NCBI GenBank assembly: GCA_028534125.1
Contig: CM052816.1
Span: 44,952,001-45,016,000, forward strand
Length of the DNA stretch: 64,000 nt
Direction of reading: 5' to 3'
From: Lama glama
Taxonomy: Eukaryota
Shown: in pieces, positions 54,602 to 64,000 of the stretch
How the letters are laid out: the number at the start of each line of letters is the position of its first letter
Position numbering within the stretch: position 1 is the first letter of the stretch
The notes under the pieces: model-generated
What the model was told of the DNA's origin: nothing
What the model saw: the letters and a program-made list of their open reading frames with translations, nothing else
Database searches by the model: none
Program-made: the position numbers and the translations under genes

Positions 54602-57044
54602 TTTGTGACTTTTCCCTTGTCTGCTATTCTGAGATATCTGGAGCTACCCTAAACTACATGTCAGTCTTACCTTCTCCTATCTTTCTGGGCACCAGCCAAG
54701 CTGACTATAACCCTCCTCCCCATGACACTCCATTGCCCTAACTCCTGCATTTCCTTTCCCTAAAGGACAATCTCCCCGGCCCTGGCCCAATCAAACCACT
54801 TCCCCCAGTACACACACCCATGTTTTGGTATCATCTTAGATGTCCTCTACACCTTTAAGTTTCATTTCACTTTCCCACAGACCACCCCCCAATCAGAAGT
54901 TTTTCCTGCTCTCTCTTAAGAGCCTGTAGTTGCCTTGATTTTATAGGAAAACATATTGCTTTGTACTGTACTTGATGTTTTTATACAAGGATCATCTTTC
55001 CCCACCAAGCTCTCTGCTCTTATAAGGAAGGACTGTGTCTTATTTGTCTTCTTATGCCCCTCAGTGCCTGGCATGGTCCCTCCCCAGACTGAGTGTTCAG
55101 AAACTATTTTATGTGAAGAAATGTAGAAACAAAATGACTGTTTCAGATACACTGTTTTTAAAACAGTGCTTTTCAAGCTGTGGAATGCCCCCAAGTTCCC
55201 TGTGATGCCTGTTCAGATATTCTGACTCAAAAAATATGGTCTGACAACCAGGTGCATATATTTTTTAATGTTTTTAAATCTAAAACTCCATTAGTTTCCA
55301 TGGAAAAAGGTGTTGCCTATGCAATTCATAGTCTGAGAGTTGAAATAGATTCCATACTAAGCTATCATTCTTTAAAAAAAAAATTTTTTAACTGCACACT
55401 TCAACCCAGCAAAACAATTGATCTTCAATAATACTAATACACTGATGTTTGATAATAATAATAAACGCAGATATCATTTGGAGTTAAAACTTTATATTTT
55501 AAGGACCATTTATTGGGTCAAATAAATCAAGTAGGATAATATTTTAATTGGTAGTTTCTACTGCAAATATCATTCTAAGCAAAAAACAGTTCTAGAGTAT
55601 TTACTAGAATACATGATCAAAAAGCACACAAAAATAATAATCTACTCCCTTACAGAAAGGTTTTGGTTAGCAATAAAAATTCTGTTGACTTCCCAAAATC
55701 AATAAAAAAACAAAAAACAAAAAACTTGTATTTTAAAATTATACAGCAGCAGATAGAAGAAAGGAAAAAACAAAATGATTTTCCCTAATTTATAATAGAA
55801 CAAAGACTGACTTTACCTATTTGTACTCCTGCCCCATCTTGCTTTGCTGCAACCATTTCTCATCTGTGTCAAGTTGATTTTGTTCTTAATACTTTATTTT
55901 TATACATCACCTATAATAAATGTAATATTTTTATAATCAGTACAAAAAAGAAGGAACCCCTGCCACAGAGGCAGTCTTCTTTAGCCTCCTCACTAGGTCT
56001 TAGGGAAGACATTGTTCATGCAAGGAGATTAAGCAAACACAGAGAAAAATGGAACTTTTCCTTCCAAGAAGCCCATGAATTCAGAGAAAACTAATTTTTC
56101 TACAGAGTTTAGAGATGGACAATGTGAATTATATAAAATTATAAATTTTAACAATTTACATTTTATTATAAAATGTTATGACAACTAACTATACAACTAA
56201 TATGAACAAAGAATATTTTCCCTTTAAAGCACTAATTCTAGCTCTAGAAATATAGCCAAAATAAATAATCATGGACATAAAAAAATTTGTGTACAAAGAT
56301 TGAGTCATAATATTTAAATTTTTAATATTTTAAAGTAACTATAAACTAAATACCCAAAAGTAAGAGATTGGTAAAAACATAATATAATTCACTAATAAAT
56401 CAGAATAGCACGTAATCACTGAAAGTGATGCTGTAGAAATCTGTTCAATGAAGTAATAAAAAAGTTTTCAGAAACAGATTACAAAATACTACCCACAATG
56501 TTATAATAACACTTTACAAAACACATATAATCATGGAAAATAAACAATGGAAAGGAATTCACCAAAGTGTCAGTTATGGTCGTTTCTCACTTTGGGGGTT
56601 ATTGTTGATTTTTCATCTTGTTCTTAATACTTTATCTAGTTTATACATTACCTATAATAAATGTAATATTTTTATAATCAGTAAAAAAAAAAGTTTGGAC
56701 TGTAGTGATAGCTGGGTCACCTTGAGTGAGTCACTTAAGCTTATCCAACAACAGTTAGTCACTCCATGTAAAGAAGTGCGCCAATAATTGTACAAACTTT
56801 ACAAGGTTGGATAATAATTAAAATAAATGATATAAAAAATGTAACATCCTTAGCACCGGTACATAAGTAAATGGGAGTTTGAAAAGACCAGCTAAAGACG
56901 CTCTATTGGAATTTCAAGATTTCCTCTCTTCTTTTATTCTTCATCATTTTAACCATCAAGCCAAACTACCCTTGAGTTCAAACTCTCATAAATCAAATAA
57001 TTGTTTCATTATCTTGTGGAGGTTTGCTGAGCCGAAGAACATAA

Positions 57045-57172
57045 CTATGGCTGTGGCCCAAGTTGATATTTTCCACCAGCTGCATCACACGTTGGTGGTT
57101 TCAATAAATGGTCATAATGGTCAACAGGGGAAAGAAAAGAATTATCTTCCGAATCCACACTCTTTGGGAATT
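57045..57172 (-). CDS. Candidate terminal coding exon of an unidentified minus-strand gene (xFPKSVDSEDNSFLSPVDHYDHLLKPPTCDAAGGKYQLGPQP*)
   Basis: Minus-strand acceptor tgtgtttcctttgtag|AA at 57173/57172. One frame is open for 41 codons to TAG (57045-57047). AATAAA lies ~110 nt downstream (56933-56938). The sequence is unique and non-repeat. Confidence 0.5.
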
Positions 57173-57743
57173 CTACAAAGGAAACACATAATTACTAGAA
57201 TTTGGCTGGCATATTGAACCTGGTGCATTAAGAAAAGTCATGGGACTTCTAATGACAAAAAGTGGTCCAGACCTCAGGTTTGTATGTCATCAAATAAAAA
57301 TAAATCTTTTAAACAAAAGTACTCTAATGAAGCCATGTTTTACTTCTGGGATACTTTAGTCATTTTAACTGGAAAAATGTATTATGATTCTGCATACTTA
57401 TTATATTTTCATTTTTCTTGGATGTCTGTATTGCTGTTAATCAGGTAATAACCTGATTGAAAACATTCACAAGTTCAGAGATACACTTCTTCCTTTCTTC
57501 ATTCTTTCATCCAACAAATATTTACTGATCACTTAGTGTATGCCTTTTACTCTGTAGGTACTGAGGACACAAGGAAGATCTTGTCTCTTGGAGCGTAAAT
57601 AATAGTGGGAAAAAATTATTCAAATCAGTACACAAATAAATTTATAAATATAATGTAATTGATGCTACAAAAAGGAGGTAATGTAGTATCAGGTAAAGAA
57701 TTCAAAACATCAAACTTTTAAGATGCTGAGGGTTTTCTACCTT

Positions 57744-57792
57744 CTCTCTCTCTCTCTCTCTATCTCTATCTCTGTCTCTATCTCTATCTCTC
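57744..57792. repeat. (CT)n/(ATCTCT)n simple repeat
   Basis: Directly visible. Confidence 0.9.
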
Positions 57793-57856
57793 AGTGCCCA
57801 TCATGGCATATCCATTCCCATGCTTTAACTTAATAAGTTGAAAATGTTAAAGGTAC

Positions 57857-58247
57857 GTATTAGTTTTCTGGATGTGCCATAACAAAGCACCACAGACTGG
57901 TGGCTTAAACAACAGAATTTTTTCTCACACTTCCAGTGGCTGGAAATCCAAGTTCAGAGTGCCAGCAGAATTGGTTTCCTCTGAGGCTTCTCTCCTTGGA
58001 ATGCAGATGGCCGCCCTCCTGCTGCCTCTTGGCATGGTTTCCCCTATGCGCACCGCCCCTGTATCACCTCCTCTTCCTGCAAGGACACCAGTCATGCTGG
58101 ATTAGGGCTGCATCCTAAAGGCCTCATTTTAACTTAATCACCTCTTTGAAAACCTTACTTTCAAATACAGTTATATTCTGAGGCATGGGGGGATGGGATT
58201 TCAACATATAAATTTGGAGGGAGGGGGGACACAATTCAGCCCACAAC
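57857..58247 (-). mobile_element. Full-length solo MaLR LTR (MLT1B-like), antisense
   Basis: gtattagttttct...ccataacaaagcaccacagactggtggcttaaacaacagaa...aaggacaccagtcatgctggattagggc...gacacaattcagcccacaaca. Confidence 0.92.
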
Positions 58248-58599
58248 AGGGTGTTAGGAGGCAGAGCTGCCAGATACGGTTGTGCCAGTTATGCAATGCA
58301 CCCACATCAAAGTTATCATAAATGTATTTATTTTTTAATTGAAAATTTCCCAGCAGAAAGTTTTTTTAATTAAAATCTTTCTGGAGGAAGGTTTACCTGT
58401 TTCTGATTTTTTACAAAGGATCTTTGGGCTAGTAGTGTTGCTTTGAGGAAGGAAATCTTTCTAGATGGAGGGGGCCTCCCTACAGTAACTCTCCTGGCCT
58501 TGGTGTGCCCCTTCCTCCACACTCCTCCCATGAAGAATGACTGATTTTGAATGATTGATTTAGAAGAAACTCCATGAATGTCCTATGTCCACCCACATA

Positions 58600-58840
58600 A
58601 TAGAGGCAGTGTGAGGTAGAGTTAAACATGCAGCTTCTAGGATAGACCCCAGTCCTTAGACCCCAGTCCTACCACGGTGTGATTATAGGACTTACCTAAC
58701 GTGTTTGTTTAAGATGCCTCATCTCTAAAATAAAAATGATAAATGTACCTACTTTTTAGGGTCATTGCAGGAATTCAGTAAGTTGATACCTAGTCATAAA
58801 GTGCTTTGGATAAATAAACATACAATAAAAGGCTGCTGTT
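58600..58840 (+). mobile_element. MIR SINE
   Basis: agaggcagtgtgaggtagagtta...cctcatctctaaaataaaaatgataaatgtacctact. Confidence 0.7.
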
Positions 58841-59304
58841 ACTCCTGCATCATTTGGGGGTTGCCCCTCCAAATTCCTCCCCACAAGCTGAAGAGGAACA
58901 GATGGGGGCCACCTTGACGATGATTTAAATGTAATTCCAAGGGGCCTGTAACTATGTTCCACTACACATCAGGGCCAAGGAGAGCTCCCAGCATGGAGAA
59001 GATATTCTAGATTTGTTAAATGAATGAGTTTCCTAAAGGAATCAAGGCTAGACTATAGAATTCCAGTCTCCACTAGAGAGTTGGGGCTTTGATCTTGTTA
59101 AGTCTGTATATCCTCTGAACAGCCTAGTATGAGATCTTGTTTCTTGGAGGTACCAAAATATATATTAAGTTGCTATAAGGTTAAATAAACATAAAATATA
59201 TCAATTTAGTTTCTACAATTGTTCTTTTTCTGGATAATTTTTCCTTAAGAGATTAAAGCTCCTTGATTTACAAGAAGGGTTGCATGATTAAAAATGCCAG
59301 TCAT

Positions 59305-59447
59305 GGAGTTCTGGGGCTGGACGGTGGTGACAGTTACACAACAACATGAATGCACTTAATGCCACTTAACTGACAGAATTGTACCCTTAAAAATGATTAA
59401 AACTGTAAATTTTGTTATGTAGATTTTGTCACAGTTAAAAAAAAAAA
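59305..59447 (+). mobile_element. L1MB-type 3' end
   Basis: gttctggggctggacggtggtgacagttacacaacaacatgaatgcacttaatgccact...cttaaaaatgattaaaa followed by poly-A. Confidence 0.8.
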
Positions 59448-59858
59448 CTGTCCACTAGAGATCTATGGTAAGAAGAAAAGGAAGTTGTGCTACTGAAGCA
59501 CATGGTTGTTTTGAGAATTGAGTGAAATATTAGAGTGCCTGGAGCATGGCAAAAACTCCATAAAACTTAGTTCCCTTTTCCAGTAGTTCTAGATAACAAC
59601 TGCCCCTGATGGTGACAGGTCACCCAGAATGCCCCTTGGGGTTCCTATTACCAGACAAAAAGTTTCCTCTGAGGGGGGAAAATCTCTAACTCTTGTAGTG
59701 CTTCATGCCCTGCTCCTGCAGATGGTGGCGCTAACCCCTCTGGAAGAAACCCTACAGCTTGGTCTCTATTATAATCAATTCTAATCATAAATTACAAGGT
59801 ATCAAAGGAAATGCTTGAGACTATTAAAAGAAGACATGCCATCTACTATACATTTGGA

Positions 59859-60630
59859 TAGGCATCTGTAACATTTGTTTCAAAATCACATAGTTTTTTT
59901 TCAATTACAGCTCTAGTGAATTTATGTGCCTCATTATGAAGTAATTTCATAGGAGTTGAGGGATAGAAAGTAGTCATTAACTCTTTCTTCAGAGGAAAAC
60001 CACCATAACCTACAAAGAAAGAATGAAAGATGTAAATAAGAATTTCATATTTAATGCACAGCCCAGTATTTTATTTTAAAAGATATATTCCTATTCACCT
60101 ACTAATCAGTCTCCTTGAATTTGACTTTTTTTTTTAAATCAACCTATTCTTGACTGTCTGAGTTTAAATAAATCATGACATGATCCTGAGAACTTGGCAA
60201 GAACAGCAATGATTTTACATCTGGCATCACACACCAGCTGCGTGTTTGAAGGCATGAAAAGCTTTTCTATTTCTTTACCTTGCTTCATTAGTGAATATGT
60301 GGTGATGCATGCATTACCACGTGTGTGCAGTCTCTGCTCCCCATATGGAAAGTCATCTAGTAATGTCACAAAACCCATGCATCATTTGCTATGATGTTGA
60401 AATTTCAAAAATAATAAGATGATAGTCTTCAGAAATATTTTTGTCTACAAATGGACATATGTTTCTTACTGATAGAGCTATATGCTTAATATATATTGGT
60501 ACAACCTGTTGCAAAAGTCTAATGGAGAAATAACTTCAGCTGTCACAGTTGAACATATGTACAGTATGGTACCCATCTTCAAGTCATCATACAGCAAAAA
60601 ACAATAATTTCCTTGCCAAATCTATGTCCA
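59859..60630 (-). pseudogene. Decayed PIF/Harbinger (HARBI1-like) DDE transposase, two exons with an 89-nt intron
   Basis: Collinear motifs on the minus strand across frameshifts: HRF (60618-60626); LDF.ATG..YQ (~60496-60523); FP..GA.DCTHV (60318-60350); RNRKAFH (60254-60274); NTQLVCDA...LAKFSGSCHD (60172-60246); GD*LVG|intron 60098-60010 (gtgaat...tttctttgtag)|YGGFPLKKELMT...P..P....HNEAHKFTRAVIE (60007-59900); LK..RCL (59859-59885). Confidence 0.85.
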
Positions 60631-60792
60631 ACACATTTTCTACTTAGTTCTTGACAACTACACTACTTACTAGAAAAATATCTGTACTGTGAGCTTTATG
60701 GTTATCTAATTAAAGAAATCTCTACACTGTTCTCATCTCTTCACAAGTATTTGCCTGGTATTTGCATATTGTACGTTTAATGAACACCTCTT

Positions 60793-61319
60793 CTTATTAG
60801 CTATATGCTGTGTAACAAATTACCCCCAAATCATAATGGCTTAGAAGAATAACAACATCTTTATCTCAAGATTCCTGTGTGTCAGGAAACCAGAAGTGGT
60901 CTGGTTGGGCAGTGACAGCTCAGGATCTCTCACGAGGTTGCAGATGATATACCAGAGCTGCAGTCATCTTAAGATTGGACTGTGGCTGGAGGAACTGCTT
61001 CCAAGATGGCTCACTCATGTGACTGGCAAGTTGATGCTGACTCTTTTGGCAAGAGGTATCATCCCTTTAATGTGAAACTCTAGGAAGCTCCTTGAATGTC
61101 CTCATGACATGAGAGGTGGATTCCCCAATGATTGATCCAAGAGAGCAAGGCAGAAGAGGCACTGTCTTTGATGACCTACCCTGGGAAGTCACATGCCATC
61201 ACTTCTGCCATATTCTTATGGTCACATAAACCCATCCTGGCACAGATGGAAGGGGACTACACCATGGCTTCAATATTGGACGTGATATTTAAGGGCCATT
61301 TTGAAGGCTAGTTACCACA
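60793..61319 (-). mobile_element. Solo MaLR LTR (MLT1F/H-like), antisense
   Basis: gctgtgtaacaaattacccccaaa...cttccaagatggctcactcatgtgactggcaagttg...gaagtcacatgccatcacttctgccatattct...ttaccaca. 5-bp TSD ctctt at 60788-60792 and 61320-61324. Confidence 0.88.
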
Positions 61320-61889
61320 CTCTTATAGAAGCTTTATTTTCAAATATATAAGCTTCCATTGTACACACATTTTTATTTAGTTTAAATCTGATTTTGTACA
61401 TGTTCACTTTTCTGTCTTGGCTGAGCATTAAAATAGCAGCATAAAAGTAAAAATAGAGGTTCTCAACCATAATAATTTAATCAATCCAAAAGTTACAAGC
61501 ATATCCACATTTAACTGAAGAAAAAAAGGGTATCTGTTCTAACAGCAAAACTATTTGCAATCCACTGAAAGCACTTACCTAATAATTAAAACAAAAATCA
61601 CTTTGAGTCATTGATTAAAATTATTGATAAGGAAACTAATTATTTGCAGAGATTTTTGCTATTTCATCTTATTAAATATTCTAAGGTAATACCAATCATT
61701 TATCTCAAATCAAAGTATTTTTTAATTAAAAAAAAAGGTTCTGCCTATGACTGATCTTCTGAAACCTTTTTATTAAAGACACATTGAGGGAAGAGAATCA
61801 TCTTTTTGGGTTTTTAATCAATAAAACAGAAATATTAGTGCAGAACTTATCACTAAGCTATTTGCAAAATCTCTAACTTGGTCCCTAAC

Positions 61890-62230
61890 CTCATTCATTC
61901 AAGAAATATGTCTGAGTACATGTTGCTTTGAGATACTCCAGGGATACAAAGAAAACTAAGCCAAGGTCTTTGCTCTCAAGAAACTTGTATCTGGTTAGCC
62001 TGATAAGGCAATTTGACACATACTTTAATACTAAACATCCTGCAATCAGCTTCACAAGAGAAGAGAAAACTGCACTATGAGTTTGAAGAGAGAAATCAAT
62101 TCTACTTGACCAACAACACAAAGCATTAGGGAATACGGGCATTTGAGCTGACTTTTTCAGGATGAGTAGATTTTAACAGTGGGACATAATAGGGTGGTTA
62201 TTACAATGAAAGGAGAGCAAAATCAAAATG
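61890..62230 (-). mobile_element. L2 3' end, antisense
   Basis: tcattcattcaagaaatatgtctgagtac...ggtctttgctctcaagaaactt...atttgagctgac...ggatgagtaga. Confidence 0.7.
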
Positions 62231-62589
62231 TAAATACAAGGAAATCATGACATTACCAATATACATTAAGCCCTTCCCAAAGTAGGCACATCCTCCCATC
62301 ACCTCCATATTTCAAGGTGGGAGGACAGGGAGATTCTGCTCCTCAGATGATCACGAGCCCTTCCTCTTCCATCCTCCATCCAGGGCAACCTTGTCATTAC
62401 TTGTTACAGGCTTTTCGGTACGAATTTTCTGAGACTGGTTTTCCATGCCATTCCTTAAGTACTATAATTTACACCATAAACTTTCAATAAGTTCTTTTCT
62501 GATTTCTTTCCTGCTGTAATTAGTCAGTGAGGGTTTCTGTATAGGATTTAAATTTTAAACTATTCCAACATAGCTACTACATCAGGTTG

Positions 62590-64000
62590 CATTTTTCAAC
62601 ATGGCCACAAAAATGAAGTCCCAGCCCTAGCCACCCTCTGACGGTCACGACTAGATGAGAAATGCCTAACTAGGCCCAGTCCACCCTAGAACCACAGGAG
62701 GTGAGAATAAACAGACTGTGGTTGTTTTAAGACATTATGCCTTGGAGTGGTATGTTTCATAACAGTAGATAATTAAGAAGGATTCTGGCTCCAGGAACTG
62801 GGATGTTGTTGTCACAACAAAATCCTAGGATATATAGCATTGTCTGTGAGACCAGGTTGTGAGCAGAAAGTGGCAGAACACTGAGGGGACTGTTAGTGGA
62901 AAAGTAAAGAACCTCCAGGAAAGCATTAGTGGAACCTGAGGGCTCAAGCAAAGTAAGCAAATGTCACCAGAAGCAGAAGGAAAGGGTGCGCTTGTCACGA
63001 AGAGGCACAAAGCTGGGCAACGCTGTTGCCTGGGGTAAGGGGAAAAACGCGAAGTGTACCTAGTGAACTTGAAGATCTAGCTAAGGAGCTTTTCAGGCAG
63101 AATATTGAAGTCACCACCTGGCTTCTTCTCACTGCCAATGATAAAATGAAAAAGGAAAGAGATAAGCTAAAGAATTAACTGTTAAGATAGAGGCGCCAAG
63201 ACTTGCTGGGTTTGAAAATAAAACTAATTCTTATTCCCAGCCTCTCTAGATGGCAAATGATTCTAAAATTAAAAGTTGCTTCTGAGCAGAGATGAAATCC
63301 AGTGCACTATCAGGAAATCATGGTCTAAAAATGAAACTGAGGGCATGACTAAAATTCTTTGATAAGATTTTAGAAAGATCTAAAATGGTACCTCATAGCC
63401 CTTCTCAATCAGACAAAAGCTTTTTAAGGATCTTGAGAGCATGCTTTGCAGATCCTCTCAGTTAAATAATTGGGCCTTTAAAAATCTTAAGGATGTCATC
63501 CCACACTCACGTCACATAAACCCAAGGTATAGAAGGGCTTATCTTGAAGAAATAGAATGATAAAGTGATACATTTACACATACACAAACACAATGTTTTT
63601 AATAGAATTATTCTGGTGGAACCACTGCTGTCTTAGACAGACAAATACTAAATAAAAAGGACTTTTGAACTCCTACTATTTTACAGGCAGGAAGCAGACT
63701 AAGAAGGCTATTCATTTGCAAACTCAGGTTTTCTCACTGGGGGAAAAAAAAAGGATGACTCAGGGCAGAACCAAGAGCCCAGAAGGTGGAGAAAAGAGCC
63801 CAATAGGTGAACTGAGCCCTCATGTAGACTCCAGAAACAAGCTGTAAATCAGTGACTGTCCCTCTTGTTTTACCCTCAGGGCACTATCCCACAGTTGTAC
63901 ATTGGGATGTGGGTGAGAGAGACTCTGTCTCTTTAGTTCACGGGTCTTCAAACTGAAAGGAAGGGGACTCAAGGAGATGTACCCAAGGATACACATTCAA
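62590..64000 (+). mobile_element. MaLR LTR 3' part plus MLT1 internal sequence
   Basis: LTR end (gtgagaataaacagactgtggttgttttaag...aacagtagataattaagaa) followed by gattctggctccaggaactggg... internal sequence (atctagctaaggagcttttcaggcagaatattgaag). Confidence 0.8.

Noticed and set aside
56879..57217. 112-aa plus-strand ORF
   Set aside because: Starts at a non-ATG codon and is better explained as the antisense shadow of the minus-strand terminal exon candidate.
58643..58670. 14-bp tandem duplication tagaccccagtcct x2
   Set aside because: Simple slippage duplication inside a MIR; no array or spacer structure.
60139..60378. 79-aa ORF as a functional gene or as HARBI1 itself
   Set aside because: Only its C-terminal part is in the transposase frame. 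The surrounding motifs need several frameshifts and include stops, and the second catalytic Asp is lost. The sequence is far from the conserved mammalian HARBI1, so no gene symbol is assigned.
59450..61800. Terminal inverted repeats, TSD or Myb/SANT partner ORF for the Harbinger element
   Set aside because: Looked for by eye and not found; the flanks are decayed and interrupted by later insertions, so none is claimed.
1..64000. CRISPR arrays, tRNA/rRNA genes, prokaryotic operons
   Set aside because: The sequence is mammalian. No regularly spaced repeats or recognisable structured RNA genes were seen.

Overview
AT-rich mammalian genomic DNA, probably camelid (inferred from the style of the young LINE-1 3' ends and the absence of recognisable Alu, B1, Bov-tA or CAN SINEs). 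It is mostly intronic/intergenic and dense in old repeats: L1, L2, MIR, MaLR MLT1 LTRs and internal sequence, and hAT and Tc2 DNA-transposon relics. There is one 500-N assembly gap. No intact protein-coding gene is visible; nearly all ORFs in the supplied track are chance ORFs or repeat-derived. Probable gene parts, all on the minus strand and not identified by name: a terminal coding exon with stop and poly(A) signal near 57.0 kb, a CRE-containing promoter with a non-coding first exon near 21.6 kb, and a possible alternative first exon near 5.5 kb. A strong CTCF motif lies at 24.35 kb. The most notable feature is a heavily decayed, intron-containing PIF/Harbinger (HARBI1-like) DDE transposase fossil at about 59.86-60.63 kb on the minus strand. 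It retains recognisable motifs around all three catalytic positions and an intact 89-nt GT-AG intron. Repeat subfamily names are from recall of consensus sequences, not from a search.
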